Positions 45,577 through 61,000 of a stretch of DNA of 64,000 bases are shown piece by piece (positions within the stretch are counted from its first letter, which is position 1; the number at the start of each line of letters is the position of its first letter). The position numbers and the translations under genes were made by a program. Origin of the DNA: Auanema rhodensis (Eukaryota > Animalia > Nematoda); NCBI GenBank assembly GCA_964057225.1, contig OZ059899.1, positions 5,518,001 to 5,582,000 on the forward strand, in the 5' to 3' direction. The notes beneath the pieces are model-generated. The model did not search any database. It was not told where the DNA came from and saw only the letters and a list, made by a program, of their open reading frames with translations.

Positions 45577-46556
45577 ATGCTTCAAGCTCTTATTGTCTCC
45601 TGTCTGATTGTTGGCATCAGTTCAGCATCATATGGTGATCGTTACGTCAAAGATTATCGTGATTATTCTGTGGATGATACGCAGAATATGTATCCAGCAC
45701 GTCCTGGTGAGATTTTATTTTTTCTTTTATCAATTGCTTGAAGAGGGTATAGAAAAACGAGTGAGAAATGCTCGTTGTTTACTCTATGCTATGTCTTACA
45801 GCCTGAGATAGCAGCCAATAATGATCTTCTGCTCTCTAGTTTTGAGATACTCTTAATAGGTTTCGAATAGCATCAATTTCTTAGAATTTGAGAAGCTCAT
45901 CTGTAATTTGCAACTTAGCTGTGCAAATATAAATGTTGTACATAAAATTAATTTAAATCTAATAATATATATAAATTATAATAAATAAATTTATTCTTCT
46001 TTCAGTTACACATACTTTCCCTAATCGAACTCAATGCTTTGAGCTGTGCGAGTTGCCATGCAGCGTGACACATGTATACATGTCTGTTCAGAACATTGAG
46101 ATGTTTAATTGTGCTAAACTTCGTCCACCCAAGGTAACACAGATCTTGTAAATTGAATTCTTCTTATCTCAACTTCTTTCAGATTACTGTTCTTGGATCT
46201 ATTCGAGGAAATTCGTTCTATATGACCCTCGTTGTTTTAGGGTGCATTACAAGTAAGTCTAATTAATTATATTTCTTATTAATTATATATTTATATTTAT
46301 AGTTGGAGTTATCACACTTCTTACTCTTTGCTTCTGCTGTTCTTATTGCTGTAGACCATCAGTATCTAGCAGAGGATCATCAAAAGATGCTTTAACTCAA
46401 GATGACGGAGAATTTAGGTAAATAAATAATAAAATTTAATAATTTCTATAATTTTCTTGTTTTAGAGAATATTTAAATGAGCCTGATAATATTATGACCA
46501 GGAAGGAAAGAGATTTTTCACGTAGGACGAGAAATGCTGCCCCGCAAATTGTCTAA
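45577..46556 (+). CDS. Small type I membrane protein: signal peptide, 4-Cys ectodomain, TM helix, juxtamembrane Cys cluster
   Basis: Five exons in frame with canonical sites. MLQALIVSCLIVGISSA signal, CFELCELPC..C ectodomain, TM followed by CFCCSYCC. TTTCAG lies just before the ATG. Confidence 0.85.
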
Positions 46557-47300
46557 ATAGCTAACAAATAGTATTTTTTCCTGATCTTACTTTTAATTAT
46601 CAAATACGAACGGGTTCTTTTTCGTCTTTTCTTCTTGATTTCATCTCTTCAAATTCAATTAACACCTTCTATGGGTACTTGTATAATTAGTTAGTTTTCT
46701 ATGAAACTTTAAAACATTGAAAGTTTGTCTATGCCTCCTCACTCAATATTAACTTAAAAAGAAATTGCTGTTATCTTTTTACAACATAAGCGAATTGTAT
46801 TTTAAGAGTTTATTAATAAATTATATTATGTAATATATTTCTGTATATATACTATTGATGTTGTAAGATTAAGCTATAGTTCATTTTTCTAATTTCAGTG
46901 GCTAAGTTTGTTTTTATATATAGTGTTAATAAGAAATTTAGAATACTTTACTCTAAACAAACATAAAAGAAACATCAATTCTGTTTATTTATTTTTTCAT
47001 TGTTAAACTGAAATTATAAATTGGGATTTCTGGAATTCTTGGAAATAACTATCCATTTTCCGTCTAAAAACTAAAAACAAACAATAATACAGATATAAAC
47101 GGATTATTTGACAATATGATGGGGTTTAGTTAATTTATTTCATATATATATCTTATAGATATAGAGAATTTTTCATATTTGGAAATAAAATTCTTGAATG
47201 ATCCTATGAGATCATACTACAACAGATATTATCTCAATAGTATGAGAGTGATCGAAGTGAACAAATAAAGAATTTTCTTTTTCACATTTATAACTTTAAT

Positions 47301-48559
47301 ATGACCTCTTTATCTTGTAATACTTTAAATATTAAAGAAAAAAGAGATATTATGCATGATTATCTCATTGCTATATCTCTGAGTACTCGTGAAATAGAGG
47401 TTTTCATGAATGATAATTCATATAAAGCTGGTGATTTAATTCGATATAGTAATGGTGTTGGTACAAGGAGTCAAATTTGTTTCGTAAGTTAATTATATGA
47501 ATATAATTAAATTTAAATTATAATTTGAGTTTTTAGTGTATTTTAGCGCATCTGTCTCATGCGAAAGCTTCTACAATTCGAGAGCTTATGATAGCCGACT
47601 GTATTACAACTAAAACAAATAATAATATTGGTAAGATAATTATAAAATTTTTTTTATTTTATATTTTTGTTATAGAAGATAGCATAAAACAAGATTTGAG
47701 TTATAATATTAAATTATTAAAAGGAATTATTAAATTTTTTCATAATCATATTATGACATTACCAATGAAACATCAGAAGGAGCCAGAGATTATCCAAATT
47801 GATGATGATGATGATGATGATGTTGTGATTATTCAAATAGATGATAAAAATAAAAAAGATAACAGTGAGGATCAAGAGCAATATCTAAAAAAGAAAAATG
47901 TTTGTGTTTTAATCAATATTTCTATATAAGTTTATTTCTTTTGTAGGTTATTCCATTTCAAAAAATAAACTCATCCACAGGTTTTCATTCAGTTTTCAAA
48001 TCAATTTATTTAATTTTTCTTTTGTTTTAGTTCCATCTAATTGTTGTCTATCTAAAGATCAGGTATTTATTTATTTTATATTATAATATAAATATAATTA
48101 TTTTAAGTTAGATGTTATACAAGATTGTCTTCAAACTGTTCCAGATGGAGAAGTTCATTTTCACAAATTTATTCAAAGAAAGAGGTTGCATTCATTGTTA
48201 CCTCATCATGAGGTTTCCAATTATTTACTATTTTAATTATTATTTTTCTTTAGACCAATTCATCTTCCTCTTCTATGCATGATACAAAACGTTCTAACTG
48301 TAAGAATTTAGTAAACAAAGAAAAAATGGATAATATAGCAGCTCAGAATAAGTATCTGTCTAATAGCTCGACAAATACGGAATCTACCATATTCTCACAT
48401 GATAAAAAGTATTCATTTTTCACTTTAATAATAATAATATATACACTCTCTTTAAGTTGCCTCAAGTCAACAGATAATCAGAACGAGACTGATAAATCTC
48501 TTGATGTTATTTATGTTCCGTTTAAACGACCTGTCTTAAAGCAACTTTCTAAAGAATAA
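47301..48559 (+). CDS. Orphan/lineage-specific protein with tandem SIM-like motifs (start uncertain)
   Basis: Eight exons join in frame through short GT-AG introns to TAA 48557-48559. Contains EIIQIDDDDDDDVVIIQIDD. No domain recognised. Confidence 0.65.
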
Positions 48560-49361
48560 AACTGTAAGTTTGTTTCTTGGATCGAACAAAATTTTAAAAA
48601 GAACTTATTCAGATCCATAAATAAATTGGCAATCTAGTGCTATACGTTGTGATAACAAAATAGTTTTAAAGTCTAAATCTGCTCGCAACATTTTTAAAGA
48701 ATGTTTTTACTGTTTTATTGTTTTATTGTTTTATTATTTATTTTTATGTTTTATTGAATAATTCAATTTTTCTCCTGTTTATTCAAAAGTTTCCTGTTTC
48801 GATTCCGTTATTCGAAACCGTATATCAATTGCTTTGTTTTAACCTGCAAGATCATTAATAAAGTTTGATAAGATTGCTTATTAATTCGATAATATCTTAT
48901 CTTTTACTGAATAGATTATATGTACATCTCAATAATTTAATTTTACTTTTTGTTAATATAAAAGCATTTATTTCAGAAATCTGTATTTATCTATAATACT
49001 ATAAATCTAAAACTAATTGCTATGAAGCTGCATATATGCGTCACGATATCTTTGATAATTCTAATGATTGTTATACTTATATTCACTATATTTTGCTGTC
49101 TTGTATTCAGAGCAGAACGAAGAAAATCAAAGAAAAAACAACAAAATGTTTTATTGAAAGAGCAAATTCCTTAACATTCAGTTAAACTTTGACGTATTTT
49201 ATTTGCTTAGTTTTTATAGAAGACAAATTAAAATAAAGTTTATTAAACCCACATGATACTTAATTCAATTTATGACTAAAGACTAGATGAAATTATTATA
49301 GGAATGTAAAAAGTAAATTGGTCAATATTAAGATAAACTCTGTTTCGATTAGTAGATGATC

Positions 49362-50651
49362 TTAGAAAAACTGGAGTAATTTATCTGCCATGACAACGCC
49401 ATCACGGATAACAAAAGCGTGTTCACACTCTTTATCATCAATAACCACATGTCCCTTTGGCATACGAGATTCCATATCAGTTCCTGTATTACAAAAATGA
49501 ATTTAACTCAATATACCAATTTTCTAAACTCACCCAGTGTCAACGGACACCAACCATCAGTTGTACCATAGTAGAAATATATTAAGTTTTGATTTGAAAT
49601 AAGCTGCTCGTCTAATGCACACACCTGAAAAGTTCAAAATTTGATTTATTGAAAATAATATGTACTTTTTCTAATTCATCACTAGACATATGAACAATAT
49701 TTCTGAACACATGCATATGTAAAAGTTCAGCAGCTGAGTCAACTACTTCAGTTGGAGCCTAAAAAATACAAAGTTCGAAGAAGTAAAAAGAAAGTGACTA
49801 ACCGCATCTCCTAAATTAATGCTAACAAGCCATTTTTTCATCGAAGTAGGAAGAATATCTAGCCAAAATGTTAAAGATTTGGTTAGCCAATCATTCATGT
49901 CCAAAGTCTGGATAGGCAAGACATTAATTATTAAATTACAAAACTATCCTACCGATAGGAGGCGTTTTAGTCTTAAGCCGTTTGGAGTCTCAGCCATCTT
50001 CTCAATTGTAGGGAAAAGAGCAATTGCTTTTCGGATGCTGTAGTCATCTTTTATATAAGGTAATATCCTAAAACGATCAATTTATATACATTGAAAAGAT
50101 TTTCTGAGCACCTAAGCATCATGTAAGACCCAATGCTGTGACCAAGAACATAAATCTTATTGCCCTTAGGGAGATACTCTTTGACGAAATCAAGCTTATG
50201 TTGAACTTGCACGTCAAGCAAAAAACGATCTAAAAACAGAATAATATTGATAAATGGCATATCTTAATATATACCATTGTACTTAGGCTCCGTATATGTT
50301 CTCAATTCACTAGGTAACACAACATGATTCAGATGAGAAACAGTATAAAACAGAAATTGCGATTTTTTATCCCCAATTCTTTCAGCTCTAGCAAGTAAAT
50401 TTCGTAAAAGACGACGACCGAAATCAGCATAAAATCCCTCGTTACCAGGATTTCCTGATAGTATGAATAAGATTACACAAGCCATAATATAGGCTACCTG
50501 GTATCATAAGAATAACTACTCTATTATCGTCTTCTCCCTTATTTTCTATGCTGAGAGCATCTTTGGATAAATCTGTGCCCATAACAGAAAATCTAGTCCA
50601 TCGTCCTCCGACAGTAACCCAGTCAACATGCCGAGTGATTTCCCGAAGCAT
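49362..50651 (-). CDS. LDAH: Lipid droplet-associated hydrolase (alpha/beta hydrolase)
   Basis: MIPGNPGNEGFY, QVQHKLDFV, GHSIG nucleophile elbow, LFPTIEKM..TPNG, FYYGTTDGWCP and HAFV. Confidence 0.9.
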
Positions 50652-50879
50652 TCTGAATTATGGGAGATACGACTAGAAAACATCGGAAATGGATAGAATA
50701 TGAAAGGAAATATCCTTTCTATATAAAAAAAGATAAATTATTAAATTTGGAAAGATTCATATTAAAACGAAAACGGTACATGGAAGATCCATCGAGAATC
50801 CCGTTAGCAGTCGTGAATATGACAACTTATATCAGACCGCAAATGAAAATAAATAATACAACGGCAAATTATAAATAGA

Positions 50880-52571
<1,692 letters not shown>

Positions 52572-53121
52572 CCTCTAAAATAGGAAAATATCTTAATATA
52601 CAGCTTAAAGCATGAACATAAAATATTAAAACATATAAATAATAGTAAGTCAACACAAATAAACACAAGAAACAACTTTTAAAGTATAAATGATCCCTGT
52701 TAGATTTAAACGAATTTTTGTCACCATTTGTTGAGTCGTTCATTTAAAAAACTAATACGCAATCACGTATCGTACGCGAAAAATTTTAAAAGTTGTATTT
52801 CGATAGGAGTTGATCCTCCTACCGCCATTCTCACCGTGTTCTTATCAAACTCTTAAATAAACAGTCTGCTTTCGCGGTATTTAGGTGCAGGTTGGGAACG
52901 TTGAAGTTCATTCTTGAATTGTCCTGAATTTTTTTTAAACATTCTATAATCGTACAGTTGCAAATATTATTTTTTGATTTACTTTGGAAATACTTCTTTG
53001 CAATGTCGTATGATAAAATAAAAAACTTTGCTCTGTAATATCTCTTTCTGGGCAATGGATTATATTCAAAAGTCTGATATCACTGCTTTTAGTGCTTAAA
53101 TTTGTTTCAGTTATTAGCCAA
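52572..53121. promoter_or_regulatory. Bidirectional promoter region between rpn-11 and folt-1
   Basis: Head-to-head starts 550 bp apart, each preceded by an acceptor. CpG-rich core TACGCAATCACGTATCGTACGCG near 52756-52778. Confidence 0.55.
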
Positions 53122-55086
53122 ATGCACTGGAAATATACAACTCTATTAATATGTATATATGGTATTGTTAAAGAATTTCGTCCTGCTACTCCTTTTCTAA
53201 CTCCATTCTTGGTTACAAATAAAAATATAACTACGGAGCAAATTTATGGAGAAATTTATCCGTTTTGGACATATTCTTATATGATCTTCTTGGTAAGATT
53301 TATTTTATAAATAAATATAAATATGTTGTTTACTTTCTTTTTAATTTTTTCGCTTCACGCATTCCACGTCATATATCATACATCAATTGGAATTAAAAAT
53401 TAAAAACTATTTGTTCAACACTCACATATGATTAAAACTTCTTGACAGATATAAAAACTTCTTTAAACGATCTGTGATCTTTCACGTATTAAAATATAAA
53501 TTTTAAAGTATTAAAAATTACAAAGCTAATTTTTGAAATTTAGATTCCTATTTTCTTCCTCACTGATATTTTACGATATAAGCCTGTGATCATATTAGAA
53601 GCTTCATGCTTAGTAATGACATGGTCTCTTCTTGTATGGGGCAAAGGTGTAGTACAAATGCAAATTATGCAATGTGTTTTCGGTAGACTTGAAAAAGTTA
53701 TTGAAATTTTTGAATTTTGTCTGGATTTCAGGTCTTTCATCTGCTTCTGAAATAGCATATTATTCATATATGTATGCAGTAGTTGAAGAAAAAAATTACA
53801 AAATGGTTACATCATATATTCGAGCGGCTGCAATGGTTGGAAAGTTGTTCGCTTACGGTATTGGTCAAACTTTAGTTTCCACAAATACGGGATCATATTT
53901 GCTATTGAACCAAGTTCTCAGCTTTTTCATTGAGTTAACCACATGTGAAAAGTTATAGATTTCTCTTGGAGCTGTCTGTCTTGTTTGGGTTATTGCTCTC
54001 TTTCTCCCATCTGTCAAAGTTGAAAGGAAAACAACAGCTGTAGGCATGATGGAAGATGCTGATTCCAATGGCAGTTCTAGTAATTTAGAAGGCATGGATA
54101 ATGAAACTATTAGAGCAGATAACGAATTAACGTATAATTTCACCAAAGTTTTCTTTCTACTCTAAAATTTTTTACAGAAGAGGCGAAGTTGAGAGAAGAA
54201 AGCTACAGAATGGCATCAAGAGTTATATCTTAGACACACTCAGGAACTTTAGCATTTATAAGAAAAATAAAATTGTTTTAAAGTGGTCAATTTGGTGGTC
54301 TTTAACAAGTTGTGGTATTTATCAGGTAAATTCATTTGTTATAGTTAATATAAATTGCAAATATTGTATTTTTTTTCTAGGTTTATAACTATATGCAAAC
54401 TTTATGGCTGGAAATGCAACCTGATCCAGCCAAAGTTGACAATGGTATTGCAGAGTTTGCTCATACAGCTTTAGGTTAATTCATTTCTTCGAAGAAAAAA
54501 GATTTTAAACTTTGTTTGTTACAGGAGCAGTTTTATCTTTCGTGATTCAATATTTGTATATAAATTGGAAACGTTATGGTGAAATTACACTTTGTGTTTC
54601 ATCTCTTTTGATTGCCGCAATTCTTGGATATCTATCACAGACATCACAAATCGTAATTGGATATATAGGATATGTTATATGTACTGCAATTTACAACATG
54701 CTTATTACAGCTGCTAGGTTATTAAAATAATATTTAAAATATTTATTTATAATTTAAAAATTAATTTACAGTGCCAATATTGCAACAGAATTAACAAATT
54801 CTAATTATGGCTTAGTTTTTGGTTGGAACACATTTGTAGCTGTATTATTACAAACCATCTTAACATTAGCTGTAGCTGATTCTCATGGATTTAATTTAGC
54901 TATTAGAACACAGGTTTTCTTTCAAATATTTAAAATAATATTAAATAATTATTTTTCTTATAGTTCGTAGTATATTCGGGTTATTTCGTGGCTGTTGGAT
55001 GTGTATTTTTGCTTTTCATAATTATGGGAAAAATTCGAAGTTGCTGCTCACGCAAAAATGAAGGAAGTTACAACCTCAATAATTAA
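53122..55086 (+). CDS. folt-1: SLC19 reduced-folate/thiamine transporter
   Basis: YGIVKEFRPATPFLTP, IYPFWTYSY, TDILRYKPV, ASEIAYYSY, KWSIWWSL, NIATEL..YGLVFGWNTF. Exons in frame. Stop TAA 55084-55086. Confidence 0.92.
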
Positions 55087-58000
55087 GTTAGGATTTGTAT
55101 TTTAATATTGTTGATCAATTAGATGTTGTATTAGAGTTTTGTATAGTGTTAGTTATGTTGTAGATTATTATGTTTAGAATTTTGATAACACATATCAGGT
55201 TTACTATAGCATTTTTGATCAATGCTCAATGTCTCAATGCATATTCGGCAAGGATTATTTCCAAAATACACAAGTATTGAAATAAAAAATAATATTTTCT
55301 ATCTTTACATCTCGAATATCTACAACTTGCTAAGTTCATTAGAAATGTTTTGAAACAATGATAAACTTGCGACATTCGTTGTGATACACAAACAATGTTT
55401 ATAAATTTTTAATCACATATATGGAAAAATTTGATTATATTTTTCTACAAGATTATAAGAAAATGTAAAATATAAGGTAATATTTACATTTTGTTTCTTT
55501 TTTAATATAAAAAAATGTTTTTGTTTCCCCAAATTAATACAAAAATGAATGTCATGCGGTATATTGTAAGCTTTTGATGTCCAGCTCTTTCGTATATTTA
55601 GTTTGTAATGTTTTATCTTTCTTTTCAAACTTCAAAGCTTTGATTTAGTAAAACATATTTGTTAGAAAATTCTTGAATTTCGCAGACGCAATTCGATGGC
55701 ATAAATTCCGAAAATTCTTGACTTCCAATATACATTATGCATTCAAGTTATGATAATTCATTCATCTTGTTTTGCTTTAGTTCAAATATTTTTTTCTTAA
55801 TATATAGCTGTTTTAAGCCTGCAAATATTCTGAAATATATTGATACCATATAATATGAGAAATATCAGGAAATATATCAAATCTTAAACAAGAGTTATAA
55901 ACGGAAAAAAAAACTTAAAATATCAGTTGCAAACATCTGTTCAATTACTTACTTTTTTTCCTTTTGTAATGTGGCTTATCAACATTTTTAGTTCAAATCT
56001 TTAACATTATTGCAACATTTTGCACATATTCAAATGAAATGCACTGAACAATTAAAAAATTAACAAAAAAAAGGAAGAAAACGATTGATGCAATTACAAA
56101 GTAATAGCGTTTTCTGCTCATCTACATGCCCGATCTCAGCTTGACGTCCAGTACTGCTACTTTCATTTTTATTGCAGAAAAGTTTTGAGAGGTGTGAAAC
56201 ATAAATAGAAATCTAACTAGATATAAACATCTGTATATATATATTTTTGTTTTATATTTTAATATTAGGTAAAGAAATATATAATGAATGAACAAAAAAT
56301 AACATAAGTAAAATAATAGATGCATATAGTAATAGATGAGAAGAAAAATAATAATGAAAAGACATATTTTACTTCTGTTTTCTCTTATATTCTATATGTA
56401 TTGAAAATTTTGAATTTGTTGCAAATGTCCTTTTTGTGATTTAGCAAAACTTTGTCATAATTCTGATATATAATTTAATATTTTACTAATAAATTCTTTT
56501 TTTTTCTTGCTTCATCCTCAGCAACAATAATCTGATTCATCTAAGAGCAAAGCCGAAGCTGGTGGAGCAAAAGAATATAAAGTAACAGAGAAATAGAGAA
56601 AGAAAGTGATCTCCGCGTTGAATCTCTTTTTTTGTTGCAAATTTTCACTTACATAGGTTTCTTCTATTATATATTTCAATGTGTGTTGTGCTAATCCTTC
56701 TTCATCGTAGTTTGAGGTAAAATAATGGTTTTATCCCTGCTCACATGATAATCACTCTTTTCCGTTAAACTTGAGCAATAAGATAGTTAATATATTTAGA
56801 TCAGATGTTTTGGCTGAACATGTAGTTATATTCTTAGATTCTAATATGAGCTCTCATTTTCGTTGCAAGACTAACAAACTATCAGCTATTTGGCACAAGG
56901 GGTATGATGACATGTCATTTCCATATACAGCTTTCATTTCAACTACATATTATTTCAACAATTGATGACAGTAGTCAATATACATAATTTTCTGTTTATT
57001 CAATGAGAAAAACATTAATTTTACAAACAAAAAAATTATGTTCCTACTTTCTTAGTTATTTTCTCAACCTCTATTATATGTGTGTTGTTGCTTCAAAACC
57101 ATAACCTTCAGTGCATTCCTCCATAACCAACTATCTTGACTTGTTTTTCATTTTTTTTCTGCAGAAGAGCTATAGAAACTTTGAAAACTTTTAATCAGTT
57201 CTTTGGCTATCCTGTTCAAAATTTCAGACTCATATCTCTCTACAACACTGTCGCCATCATTGCAGAGCTGTTTTTCATTTTGCGTGTGTGTTTTCGTTCA
57301 GCTGCTTCCTGCTTACCCAGTTACGGGTTTATTCTTCTATTTGAAGCTTTGTGTCTAAGTTGTTCCTTGAAAGTAACTTGTATGATTTTAAGCTTATATC
57401 TTAAAAAAGTTGAAAAACCTTTCTTCTCCCCTGTCTTTTCAATTTCACGAATAATGAGTCTGTTGTTTACGTGAATTTCACGTGAAAATTTAATATTCAT
57501 TTGTATAATTAAAGAACATCTGACACGGTTGTTGTTTTTTATGTTTAAATTATCTTATCTGTCATACAGCAGATCAGATGATATTAATTTTTTTCTCATT
57601 CGCAACATGAATTTTAATATTTGAAGTTCATTGTTTGTGGTTTATTTTATTAGTTTATTATAATAATTATTATGTTTAATTATAGAATATATATTATAGA
57701 ATATACATATATACGTAATATATATATATTTATTTCATATTTTTAATCTTTGTAATTTATATAATTTAATTTAATATATTATCAGTTCATTAACATCCCG
57801 CGCATTTTTACAAATATCATATTCAGAAAATAAATTTAATTTTTCAAAGTATCATAAAACATATCATTTATGTATCTCTTCTGGATTTATTATATGAACA
57901 TAGTATATACTATATCTTATAGATCAAATATCTACTATGTCATTCAAACGCAAAAAATATTATTTTCAATAATTTCTTTATTTCTTGCATAGTAGAACGA

Positions 58001-61000
58001 TCTTATCTTTGAGCTATAAATGAGATACAATATCAAATTTTCTATAATAAGATTTTGATATTTCCAAGTTGTTGATCATGTCATATACACACATATCTAT
58101 GTTGTACATAATATATGTATGCATGAACCTTTTTTTTTATTAAAAAAAGAAAGAAAAAAATTATTTAGATTTTAAATAAACGTCATGCACTATTAAATCT
58201 TTAATGTGACTAATTGAGTAATTTGTTTTGTGAACAACAAGAGTTCTAGAACAATTTGAATAATTTTACTTTGCCAACATTTTCATTGCATTTTTCTCAG
58301 TGTTTCTTAATCTTTATAGAAGAAAATTGAAAAATATAACCAAAATTGAGAGAAAAAATCTTTCGTAATGTTCAATAATTTTACTTATTCACTATGAACA
58401 TAGTTGAAATGAAAAAAAGCTGCTAAAAGAGAAGTAACAAACCGAAAGTTCATCCATTTTTCCGCTTCATTTTTGGTGCTACAAATCATATTTTGATGAC
58501 GTCTTAGGTTCAATGAAGTCGATATCGCATAAATTTGATTTTATCATATGTAAGTATGTACATATCTTTGAACAAGACTTAAATAAATGAATTAATTATT
58601 TTAAAAGTACTATTATATATAATAAATAAACTTTATATTTATTCTTTTATTTAATATTTCTTTATGTATTAACATGGATGATTGAAGATGTTCAATATCT
58701 GTGAAAGACGTCATGAAGATTGAACAAGCTTTGGAGTTATCGAATATAACGTCATTAACAGAATCTCATTGATTGTTATATTTAGTATACATATATATAT
58801 ATATTTGAAAATTGTATTCGATAAGAAGTATAAAACCTACAATCTTTTCTCTTCCTCTTCCTCTTTCACTCTTTTCCTTCCTTCCTCTCTCTCTTAACAT
58901 ACCTCTTTTATTCTATATCTCTATCTCATTATCCTTATTCCTTTTCCCTTTCATATCCAATGCGTATTAATTTTATTCCCTTTATTTCCATATTTCAACA
59001 GGACTTCAAAACATATTCCCATCAGAATTGTGTTTAGGTAGCATTCATCAACAGATTCTGAAAAGCTCCTATTTCATAGCCGATGAACACCGACCTCTGT
59101 AGTGGAGTTGTCCTGAAAAACAGAAGCAGTACTCGTCTCACCGTTACAATTTTGTTCCACGCACTCTCTGCATATACCATAGTTTATCCAAACCATAATT
59201 AAGCATTTTCCTCTTTGAGCAATAAAATTACGAAAATTCTATTGGCTATTCTGAATATTCTTTTTCCCGACCATGTCCCCTCCCACCCTCTCAGTGTTCT
59301 TTCTCTCCCCCCTCTCTCTTTCTCTCTCTCTCTCTGTTCCTTTCTTTATTTCCCTTTATTCACTTATGAATTCCTCCCTTTTTACGTATCAACATATCAT
59401 TTTTCACAACGAGCTGAACTATTTTCGAAGAAACCAGTAATCAGACCAAAGGACATCTTTGTTTGGATGAAGGGGACATATACACACAGTTTGTACTCGA
59501 GTCCAAAGGATTGTCATTTTCCGGATAGGATGTTAAGCCTAATTAGAAAGGACTATCCCTTTGGCCATTTATAGTTAAACTTGAAAAAATATTTATTTTA
59601 ATTTTATTTTTTATTAAATTTAACTAATATAAGATTTATAATAGATATATATATAATGATAAGATATATTGTTTACATAAATATGTGAATAGTTAAAGAA
59701 GAACTAATCATGTAAATATTAGGAAATTTTATTTTTAAATTCCCAATGGTCACAAAATTCTTAAAAAAAAAGAAAAATCATGATATCTTTATATATAATA
59801 TAATAAAATATATTTTTATAGTTTAATTTCATTCTTTTTCAAAATATTTTTTTTCTATTTAATTATAAAATAAATAGTTTGTATCATATTTCTATTAAAA
59901 GAAATATTTTATCTTCTTCCTATTTAAATCAGTATTATATTACTTCCGTTATTTCTATAAATATTTAAAAAAAATTCAATTTCAATTTTTTAATTTATTT
60001 AAAATAATTTTAATATTTTATTTATATAATATAATAAATATTATTTACATAATTAAAGAATTAAACTTAAATTCTTATATTTTCATATATAAATATGTTT
60101 TTTTGTAATTTTTTTAGTATAATAAACTCAAAAAAAAACTGACATTTAACACAAGATATTGTGTTGTTAAATATTTCAAAATGTATACAAAATATGTGAA
60201 TAGACATAGTAATTTCACAAAGCATTGTTTCCGTTTTTGCCAGTTACCTTGGTTGTTTTATCTTAAAAAGTAAGATATACGTACATAAATATTTTATATT
60301 TTACTTGTAATACTTTTTTTTTAAAAAAGAATTATATTAAATATTTAATTTTGTATCTTTCTACTTATCATATAATATAATTAATTATAAATAAACCTTT
60401 ACAATTGTTTCTTCAAAAATTCATATTGATACACAAATAATCTTTTGCACTTTCTTTAACTATAAGGAGAAATAACCTTCAGTAACTATGTATTTTTTAG
60501 TTTTGACTATGCCATTAGTACAACATCTGTCACTCGTTTTACCGCTTTCTCTTCCTTTTTTACTCTTAAATTCATTCTATTTCTATATTTGTTTTCAATA
60601 TTTTCTACTGTTCTTCTCCTTTTTTAAGATATTTTCCTTATATTCTTTATAAATATCTATTTAAACTGTAGAATAATATATAAATATTATTATTATTATG
60701 ATGATGATGAAGAAAACTTTTTTAATTTATACATATTTCTATGCATTTTATTTATAATAATATATAACTGTCCCTTTCACCATATATTCACTTGTATTTT
60801 TCAATTGTTATCAACATCATCATCTTTTTCTAATTTCCTTCCTTTTCTCTGAAATTTGACATCATAACGAAGACTTAATCGCTTCTTTTACTATCAATGT
60901 CTCCAAAGACTAAAATGTAAAAAAGAAAGATAATTGCTCTCCGATCGTTCACTGTTTCCTATGAGCTTTAACACCTTTGAATATTCTCCTTTTTATCTTC

